A stretch of DNA of 64,000 bases, taken from a virus. Positions within the stretch are counted from its first letter, which is position 1; every line of letters starts with the position of its first letter. Where the stretch lies: IMG/VR virus record IMGVR_UViG_3300045988_153285, positions 32,001 through 96,000 of that record, one strand, 5' to 3'. Under the pieces are notes generated by a model that was given only the letters and a program-made list of their open reading frames with translations, was not told the origin of the DNA and did not search any database. The position numbers were made by a program, and so were the translations under genes. Below are positions 35,850-44,414 of this stretch, piece after piece.

Positions 35850-36960
35850 TGTATTCGTAGATAATGGGTTATTTGTGTTAGCATACTATCTAGATAAGGA
35901 AATAGAGAATATAACAGAACAAGATATATTTGATAGTATAGATATGATGTGTGAAAAGATAAATGAATTTACTGGTTGTGAAAAGTATTCAAATTTAAAA
36001 TCTATGATGTTTGCAAATTCAGCTTTGACACAACCTAATTCATCAAAGAAAGTAAATGACTTTTTAAATGACTTTTATAATTCTAAAGGCGAAGAAACTT
36101 GTTGTACTTGTGGAAATAAAACAGCAAATATAATTAATGGAGATTTAAATAGAAGTTATCTACCAAATAAAGTAGCACATACATTTTATAATTTCTCTAA
36201 CAATCTACAGGGTGTAAATGTATGTGGAATATGTTCTATACTTACAATGTTTAGTATATTAAATGCTAGAGTATATGGATTGGCTTACTTATATAATAGC
36301 GATAATGATGACTTTATGTATGACTATACATATGAACGTCAAGAAGAGAATGAAAGAGATATATTATCAGAAGCAAAGAAAAGTAAAGAAAAGATCAATA
36401 GTTTAAATACAGTTGAGCAGTTGATGAATAATACTAAGCTATATGATGGATATATACAAATATATAAATTCAACAATTCAGGACAAAACCAAGACATAGA
36501 AATACAAGATATTAATTCTGAAAGTGTTAAGCTATTATCCAATATAGTTAAATCAGGTATGTTAAATGAATTTAAACAATTTGGCTTAATGTACAATCTA
36601 ATCATAGGCAATTTAAGAAACGTATATCTTAGTAAAATAACAAAAGATGATGAAATGATATGCAGCAAAGAATTATTTGAGATGTTAAATAGAGAGGTAA
36701 ATATTTTGAGTAGTGAATTAAAGGAAGTTATAATAAAAATAGCCGATAGGTTAAAGAATGAAGATATAGTTAAGATAAGAAAAACATTAAAATTAATAAA
36801 AACATTTAAAGACTTTGAAGGGTTTATTGTTAACCTAGCTGAAGATTATAAAGATAAATATGATGACAATTTGTATACAGTTGACGAGTATATGCTATTA
36901 GATAATAAATTAAAATATAACCAAATTAAAAATTTAATGATAGTAAGCTTGATGCAATAA
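35833..36960 (+). CDS. cas8: Cas8b-like large subunit (short, 375 aa)
   Basis: Position between cas6 and cas7; CCTCGNK..CGICS Zn-finger as in the TM1802/Cas8b family; helical C-terminus. Confidence 0.55.
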   Translation: MNRTYDVFVDNGLFVLAYYLDKEIENITEQDIFDSIDMMCEKINEFTGCEKYSNLKSMMFANSALTQPNSSKKVNDFLNDFYNSKGEETCCTCGNKTANIINGDLNRSYLPNKVAHTFYNFSNNLQGVNVCGICSILTMFSILNARVYGLAYLYNSDNDDFMYDYTYERQEENERDILSEAKKSKEKINSLNTVEQLMNNTKLYDGYIQIYKFNNSGQNQDIEIQDINSESVKLLSNIVKSGMLNEFKQFGLMYNLIIGNLRNVYLSKITKDDEMICSKELFEMLNREVNILSSELKEVIIKIADRLKNEDIVKIRKTLKLIKTFKDFEGFIVNLAEDYKDKYDDNLYTVDEYMLLDNKLKYNQIKNLMIVSLMQ

Positions 36961-36974
36961 TAAATTAATAAAAT
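36956..36974 (+). repeat. dispersed motif copy (variant) inside the cas operon
   Basis: AATAATAAATTAATAAAAT overlapping the cas8 stop, upstream of the cas7 SD. Confidence 0.55.
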
Positions 36975-37000
36975 TAGAGAGTAAAAGGAGAATGATTAAA

Positions 37001-38029
37001 ATGAAAAGAATGTTAAATATGAATTATGTTATTGAAGTTTTAGATGGAAGATTAAACGGAAGTGCAGTGGAAGTCGAAAGCAATAAGGATGGATTTAATA
37101 ATACAACTTTTACAAAGAAAATCGGTGGTAGAGCTAAGGTATCGGCAGTTTGTCAAAAGGCGAACATGAAGAATTATATGTGTGAAGTATTAAAAGAAAC
37201 TATTGGAGAAAAGACTAAAGAAGGTAAGCAAGTTTTAAGCACGCCTAACCCATATGCTAATTTATTTGATGATGTATTTGGATTTATGTTGGCGACAAAG
37301 ATTGAGTTGACTGAGGGAGAATATAAGGAATTACCAGAAGATGTGCAAAAAACATTTGAAAAGAAAGGTAAAAAATATACTAATAATGCAACTAAAAAGA
37401 GAACTTCTAACTTACAAATGAGTTCATTAATCAATGTGAGTAATAGAAGGGTTGAAACGGAATTTAATGTTTGTGCTACAAGTGGAGACAATATGCCTTA
37501 TAAAATTGAAACATATTCAGGAATTATGTCAGGAATAGCAAACTTAAATATAGGTAAGATAGGTGAATTTACTATATCAGATATTGCGTCAGAATATAGA
37601 GATTATACTGTTAAAGAAGCAGAAGTTCTAGGGGTTGAAAACCTATCAAGAGAAGATAAATTATCTAGAATAGAAAAGACATTAAATGCTTTAGAGTATA
37701 TGTCAATCAAAGGAAATCAGACAAACCACTTAACAGATACAAAACCTAAATTTATTATAATGGCTGATTATGGTTGGGGTAATAATGTATTCCAAGGAGT
37801 GATAAATAAAGATGGGTTAGATATAGAAATGCTAAAAGAATCAATAGATCAAAATGAAGAATATAGATTAAGTAATATTTATATAGGAGTTAATAAATTC
37901 TTTGATAAAAATAACAATTTAGATTTAGATACAATAAGAGAAGAATTAAGGGAATATGATTTCATAAAAGTTGATAATGTTCATAATACATTTAAGAATT
38001 ACATAAAAGAGTTAAGAGAGAATATTTAA
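37001..38029 (+). CDS. cas7: Cas7-like backbone subunit
   Basis: Size and position; GGRAKVSAVCQKANMKNYM resembles the Cas7/DevR R..(V/I)S....K..R segment; trimmed to ATG 37001 for SD spacing. Confidence 0.6.
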   Translation: MKRMLNMNYVIEVLDGRLNGSAVEVESNKDGFNNTTFTKKIGGRAKVSAVCQKANMKNYMCEVLKETIGEKTKEGKQVLSTPNPYANLFDDVFGFMLATKIELTEGEYKELPEDVQKTFEKKGKKYTNNATKKRTSNLQMSSLINVSNRRVETEFNVCATSGDNMPYKIETYSGIMSGIANLNIGKIGEFTISDIASEYRDYTVKEAEVLGVENLSREDKLSRIEKTLNALEYMSIKGNQTNHLTDTKPKFIIMADYGWGNNVFQGVINKDGLDIEMLKESIDQNEEYRLSNIYIGVNKFFDKNNNLDLDTIREELREYDFIKVDNVHNTFKNYIKELRENI

Positions 38030-38127
38030 TTGTCGATGTAGTGGGATTTTAACACTAAGTTAATTAGACAGAAAATAAAAGACGGTCAGAGGTTGCAAAC
38101 TTAGTGTTAGAGCCAATATAGATACGG
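38030..38127 (+). other. CRISPR leader-side region with 11-bp inverted repeat
   Basis: AACACTAAGTT 38051-38061 / AACTTAGTGTT 38098-38108; comparatively G+C-rich; no obvious sigma-A promoter. Confidence 0.5.
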
Positions 38128-38751
38128 GTATTAATTATAATATGGTTATTTATAAACAACAACCTTTTAAAGTCATTATGAGTATTCCAATATGTATTAA
38201 TTATAATATGGTTATTTATAAATGAATGTGGACTCCTATATAAGATTATCTTCGATACGTATTAATTATAATATGGTTATTTATAAATATATATAAATTT
38301 TATGTGTTTCTTCAGTTTCTTCTGTATTAATTATAATATGGTTATTTATAAACTATAAATAGGTGTTTTTAACTCTAAATAGTGTCAAAGTATTAATTAT
38401 AATATGGTTATTTATAAATAGATCTACTGCCATTTTAATATTCATACTATTCACTTGTATTAATTATAATATGGTTATTTATAAACAGTGGTAATTCTAT
38501 TGTCAATATATCACCATAACTAGTTTTAATATTAATAATATATATTTATAAAGGTAGTAACAGTTTTAGGAACATTGACAGCTGGTGTGTTTAAATAGTA
38601 ATATAATTATTTATAAATGGTGTAGTGGTATACGACATCGAAAATAAAACTGCGTTTAAATATTAATATAGTTATTTATAAACTAAAAGGTCTTCCTAGA
38701 TACATTACATCTAAAGAAGTGTATTAATTATAATATAAATTATTTTATAAA
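38128..38751 (+). CRISPR. CRISPR array, 10 repeats / 9 spacers (36-38 nt)
   Basis: Six identical 29-nt repeats GTATTAATTATAATATGGTTATTTATAAA at 38128, 38194, 38259, 38324, 38390, 38457. Variants follow at 38523, 38589, 38654, 38721. Confidence 0.95.
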
Positions 38752-38771
38752 ATTGAAAGGAGTAAAATAAA

Positions 38772-40718
38772 ATGTTAAAAGAGTATATAGCAAAAACAGA
38801 TAAAACATCATTAGAAGATCATAATAAAGAATTGACAAATATACTGAAACAAATAATTGATATATATGATATAGAAAATATAAAAGAATCATTGAATAGA
38901 TGTATTGAATATCATGACATAGGAAAATGTTCTGATTCAATGCAGAATAGATTAAAGGGAAAAGACGTTAATTTTATAAGACATGAATGGGTCGGTGCAA
39001 GTGTAGAAGATCTGACAGATGGTGAAAGATTGGCTATATTAACGCATCATAAAGATATTAGTAAGTCATTAGAATTAATTGATAATGATAAGTATATATC
39101 TGAATTAGAAGAAATTAAAAATAAATTGAATATAAAATTAAATAATATTGATGATTTTGTTAAGAAAGTAAACAAACCGAGGTGTAGTATTACAAAAGAT
39201 TTAGATAATATATTATTAAAGGGTTATTTAAATTATTGTGACCATTTATGCAGTGCAGGTAATATAACTATAGATAAAGGATTTAATTCTTTAGATAGGT
39301 TTAAGTTTAATAATTATAATTCTATTCAGAATAAGGCTATGAATACACGTGAAGACGTTTTAATTCAAGCTATGACAGGATTAGGTAAAACAGCGGCATC
39401 TTTATTGTGGAGTAATAATGTTCAGAATGAGGACAAGTCTAAAAGAATATATTACATATTGCCTTTTACAGCTAGTATAAATTCGTTATATAAAGATTTC
39501 TTAAATAGAAATATATCTACCACAATGCTACATAACAAAGCTGAATATTTTATGGACAAGCTGCATGATGAATATAATTATAAATTAATGAAGTATTCCA
39601 CTAAGCAACTAAACATTTGCACAATATTTCAATTAGCTAAGGCAATTTTTAGTTGTAAGAACTTTGAAATGATAATAGCTCAAATGAAGAACAGTATAAT
39701 AATGGTAGATGAAATACATTGCTTTGATTTAAAAACGTTGAGTTATATTTTAGAATTATTAAGATTTTTAAAATATAAATTAGGATGTAGAATCTGCATA
39801 ATGAGTGCCAGTATTCCAACTGTATTACAGAAATTAATAAAGGATAGACTAGATATAAACAAGGTTATATATGCTGATAAGCGTGATCTAAAAATAAGAC
39901 ATAGAATACATAGAGTAAATAAAACAATTTTGGATGACATAGAAAAAATAGAAAATGATCTAAGAGAAGGAAAGCAAGTTATAGTGTGTGTTAATAATGT
40001 GACTACTTCTCAGATTATTTATAAAATATTTAAAGATAAATATAAGTGCAAGTTGATACATGGTAGATTTAATACTAGAGATAGAGAAATTGCTGAACAA
40101 GGGCTAAAGGTAAATCAATTACTTGTAGGAACTCAAGCGATAGAAGTATCTTTAGATATTAGTTATGATACAATGTATACTGAAATAGCGCCATATGATG
40201 CTTTACTGCAGCGTTTCGGAAGAGTTAATAGACGTGGAGAAAAGGGAATTAGAGATATTTACATATATAATAACTATAATAAATGTATTTATGATGATGA
40301 ACTAATTAATAATACAGATTTAGTTATAGATGAAATAATACATAATGATAATAGAATAATACTTGAAGAAAAAGTTGAGCATTATTTGGATAAAGTTTAT
40401 ACATATATAGATATAATTAGCTACAATAAATATTCAAATTCTTTAGAAAAAGTAATAAATAATCTTAGAGTTGGAAACTATAATAAAAATAGCATAAAAG
40501 AGATGATTCAAGGTGATACAGTATCGGTAATTCCTGAGTGTCTATTGGAAGAATATCAAAAGCTGATAAATGATAGAGAATATTTAAAAGCTCAATCACT
40601 AAAGTTAAATATTAATTCTAATAGAATGAAATACAATAGTGACATGTTTTATATATGCGATGATTTGGTTGTATCGAAATATAAATATACATATGATTTA
40701 GGTATGGAGTTTGAATGA
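38772..40718 (+). CDS. cas3: Cas3 nuclease-helicase (HD domain + SF2 helicase)
   Basis: HD motifs (EDHNKE, YHDIGK, THHKD); helicase AMTGLGKT (I), VDEIH (II), QRFGRVNRRG (VI). Confidence 0.85.
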   Translation: MLKEYIAKTDKTSLEDHNKELTNILKQIIDIYDIENIKESLNRCIEYHDIGKCSDSMQNRLKGKDVNFIRHEWVGASVEDLTDGERLAILTHHKDISKSLELIDNDKYISELEEIKNKLNIKLNNIDDFVKKVNKPRCSITKDLDNILLKGYLNYCDHLCSAGNITIDKGFNSLDRFKFNNYNSIQNKAMNTREDVLIQAMTGLGKTAASLLWSNNVQNEDKSKRIYYILPFTASINSLYKDFLNRNISTTMLHNKAEYFMDKLHDEYNYKLMKYSTKQLNICTIFQLAKAIFSCKNFEMIIAQMKNSIIMVDEIHCFDLKTLSYILELLRFLKYKLGCRICIMSASIPTVLQKLIKDRLDINKVIYADKRDLKIRHRIHRVNKTILDDIEKIENDLREGKQVIVCVNNVTTSQIIYKIFKDKYKCKLIHGRFNTRDREIAEQGLKVNQLLVGTQAIEVSLDISYDTMYTEIAPYDALLQRFGRVNRRGEKGIRDIYIYNNYNKCIYDDELINNTDLVIDEIIHNDNRIILEEKVEHYLDKVYTYIDIISYNKYSNSLEKVINNLRVGNYNKNSIKEMIQGDTVSVIPECLLEEYQKLINDREYLKAQSLKLNINSNRMKYNSDMFYICDDLVVSKYKYTYDLGMEFE

Positions 40719-40737
40719 ACTTAAATTAAAAATTTAA

Positions 40738-40787
40738 AATATAAATTAATAAAATAGATTGACAAATTTAAATAAGTAATATATAAT
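40738..40787 (+). promoter_or_regulatory. dispersed motif + consensus sigma-A promoter just after cas3
   Basis: AATATAAATTAATAAAAT, TTGACA 40759-40764, 17-nt spacer, TATAAT 40782-40787. Confidence 0.75.
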
Positions 40788-41039
40788 AAATAATGTAAGA
40801 TTAAGGCATAAACCTTTAGCATAAGTATTGTCATAAATAATATGAAGGGCGGTGATTATCAAATTTAGGATAAATACATAAAACAAATCAAGATCAAACC
40901 AATTTAAATAAAAAATAAACCTATTCACACATTATTAACGGTTGACCTTAATTGGTCAATCTGAGGATATTGAAAAGTATCTTGAGATTAACTAATTAAG
41001 AAATGACTTATAAATTAAAATTACAAAGGAGTTGGGAAA

Positions 41040-41213
41040 ATGAATGCATATGAATTAATGAAAGAATTCTATGATCTAGATAATGAGATTTTAGAATTGG
41101 TAAACAAGAAAAATAAGAAAGATGTAGCCTGGATGGACAAGGCGATCGATTCAAAATTAAGCAGACAATTAGAAATTAAGCACACTTTAGAAAGAATAAA
41201 TGTAGTGTTATAG
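41040..41213 (+). CDS. 57-aa hypothetical protein (below ORF-track cutoff)
   Basis: AAGGAG SD; MNAYELMKEFYDLDNEILEL.. Confidence 0.5.
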   Translation: MNAYELMKEFYDLDNEILELVNKKNKKDVAWMDKAIDSKLSRQLEIKHTLERINVVL

Positions 41214-41223
41214 GAGGGAAATT

Positions 41224-41610
41224 ATGAATCATAAATACATAGAAGAAATTATGGATATAGAAGAATCGCCTTATGGTTGGTCAAAAAATACGGGTAGAGA
41301 TGAAATGTGGGAAGATCAAAGAAGAATATATGGGTTTGATGAAAGAGAAACTTGGAGTTTAGATGCAACATTTATCTATTGGCTATATGAACGATTGAGA
41401 ATGTTTAATGAAGTAAATTGTATAAATACTGATTTTCATACATTCGATATAAACGGTAAGAAACTTACTCAACAAGAATGCATAGATACTATGATAGCTA
41501 AATGCAAAGATTATATAGCATATCGAGGAATAGATGATAATTATACTTACAACTTAAAAAATGAAATTTTAGATATATGGAAAGAATGCATTCATGCTAT
41601 GTGGTGGTAG
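41224..41610 (+). CDS. hypothetical protein
   Basis: AGGAGGG SD; 128 aa. Confidence 0.7.
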   Translation: MNHKYIEEIMDIEESPYGWSKNTGRDEMWEDQRRIYGFDERETWSLDATFIYWLYERLRMFNEVNCINTDFHTFDINGKKLTQQECIDTMIAKCKDYIAYRGIDDNYTYNLKNEILDIWKECIHAMWW

Positions 41611-41647
41611 CAAATAAAATGCGGATTTTAAAAGGAGTTGAATAAAA

Positions 41648-41992
41648 ATGGATAGAGAAATAATATTGAAAGCTTTAAGAATTCATGAAGATGGAATAAT
41701 GCAATTTACTCTAGGAGAGGTAACTGTTGACGAAGATGAGACAATTAAATGTAGTGATATTTATAGTTCAGAATGGGAAAATCATAGTGAAGAAATAGCA
41801 GTTTCGATAGAAAGTATATTATGTAGTAATATGCCTTTAAAACCAGATATGTTGGTAGGTATTATAGTAAATGAATGGTTTAACTATGTTGGTAGTGATG
41901 TTGAAGATTTAAACTATTATGGTTTACTAGGTGTAGCTATAGAAATTATAGATTATATAGAAAGATGCCAACACAAGGATGATAATGAATAA
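41648..41992 (+). CDS. hypothetical protein
   Basis: AAGGAG SD; 114 aa. Confidence 0.65.
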   Translation: MDREIILKALRIHEDGIMQFTLGEVTVDEDETIKCSDIYSSEWENHSEEIAVSIESILCSNMPLKPDMLVGIIVNEWFNYVGSDVEDLNYYGLLGVAIEIIDYIERCQHKDDNE

Positions 41993-42024
41993 TTTGAAAT
42001 TATTGCGAAAGAGAGGATTTTAAA

Positions 42025-42219
42025 ATGGTAGTAAGAAATGATAAAGATAAATTAGTTTTTCAAAGTTTAGATTTTGAAATAATGTTAGGTGATATGTTTA
42101 TGAAGTGTAGGAATGTAAGAGAAGCACAGTGGTTAGCATGTCAATTACAGGGTGCAGTTGAAGTTATTTGTGAAGAGAAAATAGATGAAATTGAAAGTGA
42201 CGAAGAATTATGTGATTAA
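42025..42219 (+). CDS. hypothetical protein
   Basis: AGAGAGGA SD; 64 aa. Confidence 0.55.
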   Translation: MVVRNDKDKLVFQSLDFEIMLGDMFMKCRNVREAQWLACQLQGAVEVICEEKIDEIESDEELCD

Positions 42220-42267
42220 TTCGCAATTTAAAAATAGGACTTTGAAATTATTACGAGGTAAATGGAT

Positions 42268-42363
42268 ATGGTTATTTTAAAAATTATAATAGGGTTATGG
42301 TTAATTTTTGTAGTAATACCAACATTATTTAAGATACTAGAAGATTACAAACATACAAAATAA
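42268..42363 (+). CDS. 31-aa hydrophobic peptide (below ORF-track cutoff)
   Basis: GAGGT SD 8 nt upstream; MVILKIIIGLWLIFVVIPTLF.. Confidence 0.35.
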   Translation: MVILKIIIGLWLIFVVIPTLFKILEDYKHTK

Positions 42364-42420
42364 AGGAGTAGCAAGTAATTCATTAAAAAAATTAACGAAT
42401 AACTGAAAGGAATAATATAA

Positions 42421-42591
42421 ATGATGGTTTATCAAATAATGGAATATAGAAATTGTGACGAACATTATAGTTGGGGAATGTATTCATCTGAAGAGAATGC
42501 AATACTTTACTTAAAACAAATGGGATGGGATAAATGTGAGGATTTTGAGATTGTATCATATGAGTTGGATGAAAAACTAAAAAAGTAATTC
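42421..42591 (+). CDS. 56-aa hypothetical protein (below ORF-track cutoff)
   Basis: AAAGGAA SD; preferred over antisense ORF 42392..42619. Confidence 0.45.
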
Positions 42592-42756
42592 GCAATTCAA
42601 AAAGTGAAGAAAAATACATAGATAATTATGAAGAGTATTCAAATATTGGCGATGACGGATGTCTAGAGTACGAAAGTAAATTAGGGTATTAATTAAACAA
42701 TAATTAAAAATAAAGTGAATTGATAAAATTACAAATTTATTAAAGTAGGTGATAAT

Positions 42757-42966
42757 ATGAAAAAGAAATTAACAGAAGAAATAGAAAATCTGGAAAGAAA
42801 AATGATGACTGCTGGAACAATATTAGCTGTAATATCATCAATAGGATTGTATGCTTGGGCGTTTGGTGTAAAGATGGTGCATCCAGCAATATATGTTATG
42901 AGTATGATAATGGGTATAGGTTTCTTTTGCACAGCCTGTGTAGATAAAATTAGGAGGTTGAAATAG
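42757..42966 (+). CDS. small membrane protein
   Basis: AGGTG SD; two hydrophobic segments. Confidence 0.6.
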   Translation: MKKKLTEEIENLERKMMTAGTILAVISSIGLYAWAFGVKMVHPAIYVMSMIMGIGFFCTACVDKIRRLK

Positions 42967-42967
42967 T

Positions 42968-43405
42968 ATGAAGCAAATAGTTGTAAATGGTGGAGAAACT
43001 CATGGAGGTTTATTAACTCCAAAGTGGGTAGTTGAATATTACAGAAGAAAAGGAATTGAGTTATTTGTTTATATTCCTGAATTAATAGAAGATGATTATA
43101 TATATGAATTGAAAGATCCAAACGAGTTAGATGATAACACTTGTATATATTGTCCGTTATATTTACTTGATAATTTTGGTGATATTATTGAAGAAATTAC
43201 CGATGAAATAGCTCAGAAAGTAGTTAATGAATACGATATGTTTAAAGATAGAGAAGATAAGACATTAATAGATATTGTAAAAGAAATAAATAATGAAAAC
43301 TTAGTTAAAATCATAGAGATACCTGATGACGTTGAATATGACGTTGCAGAATCAGATTGTGGATTTAGGGAATGGGTAGAAGAAAAACATAGAGTGTGGT
43401 ATTAG
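42968..43405 (+). CDS. hypothetical protein
   Basis: AGGAGG SD; 145 aa. Confidence 0.7.
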   Translation: MKQIVVNGGETHGGLLTPKWVVEYYRRKGIELFVYIPELIEDDYIYELKDPNELDDNTCIYCPLYLLDNFGDIIEEITDEIAQKVVNEYDMFKDREDKTLIDIVKEINNENLVKIIEIPDDVEYDVAESDCGFREWVEEKHRVWY

Positions 43406-43416
43406 GAGAAATAAAT

Positions 43417-43542
43417 ATGAGTAGATTAGATTTTGAATTAAAGGTTATTGATATATTAGATGATGCATGTAGTAATTTATCAAGTCAAGAATTTGACAAG
43501 CTGTTAGAAAGAATTAAAGAAACTATTGAAGATTATGAATAA
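43417..43542 (+). CDS. 41-aa hypothetical protein (below ORF-track cutoff)
   Basis: AGGAGA SD; MSRLDFELKVIDILDDAC.. Confidence 0.4.
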   Translation: MSRLDFELKVIDILDDACSNLSSQEFDKLLERIKETIEDYE

Positions 43543-43560
43543 GTATATGGAGGCAAGAAT

Positions 43561-43812
43561 ATGAAAAATGATAATAAAGTTATACAAACAAATATAACAA
43601 ACAAGGATATAGTTATTAGAATACCAAAGAAATTTATACTTGAAGACTTTGAAAACAGTGTTGAAGACTATAAAATAAAAGGAAATAAGAAAACAGAATT
43701 TATAAATGAATTCACTAAGTTATTTAGAGAACATATAGAAGATAACGATATTGTAGTTGATATTTATGATGAATTATGTGATACAGATTTAGTTAAAGAA
43801 ATAGAATATTAA
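43561..43812 (+). CDS. hypothetical protein
   Basis: GGAGG SD; 83 aa. Confidence 0.6.
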   Translation: MKNDNKVIQTNITNKDIVIRIPKKFILEDFENSVEDYKIKGNKKTEFINEFTKLFREHIEDNDIVVDIYDELCDTDLVKEIEY

Positions 43813-43851
43813 AATTAATAAAAACAATATTTTAAAGAAAGGAATAGTTAT

Positions 43852-43989
43852 ATGTTTTGCTTAGATGACAATAAATATAAAAATGAGTGCGGTAAGTGTT
43901 GTAGTAAATGTATGGATAGACAAACTCATTTATGTAAGAAAAGCTGTTTTTATTTGACTTTTAGATGTGATGAATGTATGCATCAATAA
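43852..43989 (+). CDS. 45-aa Cys-rich protein (below ORF-track cutoff)
   Basis: AAAGGAA SD; 9 Cys in 45 aa (CGKCCSKC..C..C..C..C). Confidence 0.4.
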   Translation: MFCLDDNKYKNECGKCCSKCMDRQTHLCKKSCFYLTFRCDECMHQ

Positions 43990-44011
43990 AATAATAGGAG
44001 GTTAATTAGAT

Positions 44012-44209
44012 ATGAACACAGAATTTTATACAATTATGATTGGTGATAAGTTCTTAAATTCGAATTTATTTAGAAAAGAAAATGAATTGATAACAGAGGC
44101 AGTTAAATTTACATATGAAGAAGATTGTAGAGAATATTTTAATGATCTTAGAAAAGACAAGCCATTTAAAATAGTTAAGGTTAAATGCGAATTAGAGGAA
44201 GTAGAATAG
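44012..44209 (+). CDS. hypothetical protein
   Basis: AGGAGG SD; 65 aa. Confidence 0.6.
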   Translation: MNTEFYTIMIGDKFLNSNLFRKENELITEAVKFTYEEDCREYFNDLRKDKPFKIVKVKCELEEVE

Positions 44210-44223
44210 AGGAGGAATATACA

Positions 44224-44385
44224 ATGAAAGCAAAAATAGCATTACATGGTTGTGATGATATTACACGTTTTGAGGTTGAAGTTGATGATAACAAGTTAGA
44301 ATTTATTAAAGAATTGTCTGAAAAGTCTATAGAAGAATCAGAATATGCGTGTATGCCAGTTTTAAAATATGAAATATGTGAATAA
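44224..44385 (+). CDS. hypothetical protein
   Basis: GAGGAGG SD; ORF-track 44185 trimmed to ATG 44224. Confidence 0.55.
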   Translation: MKAKIALHGCDDITRFEVEVDDNKLEFIKELSEKSIEESEYACMPVLKYEICE

Positions 44386-44397
44386 AATTTACGATTT

Positions 44398-44414
44398 ATA
44401 TAAATTAATATAAT
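44398..44414 (+). repeat. dispersed motif copy (variant, SD-proximal)
   Basis: ATATAAATTAATATAAT followed by AAAGGAG and ATG 44432. Confidence 0.6.

Noticed and set aside
38740-38940. 66-aa - strand ORF overlapping the last CRISPR repeat and the cas3 start
   Set aside because: It is antisense to a well-supported cas3 N-terminus and to the array, has no SD, and has Y/L/F-rich antisense composition.
40746-40928. 60-aa - strand ORF after cas3
   Set aside because: It has no SD and is antisense to a consensus + strand promoter and its leader. The region is treated as a leader or ncRNA candidate instead.
42729-43121. 130-aa - strand ORF. The same reasoning applies to the other nested - strand ORFs in the track, e.g. 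23340..23717, 28204..28476, 32749..33063, 34145..34477, 36339..36668, 37174..37491, 61240..61608.
   Set aside because: All lie fully inside well-supported + strand genes or promoters and lack SD sequences. They have the Leu/Ile/Phe/Ser-rich composition typical of antisense frames in AT-rich DNA.
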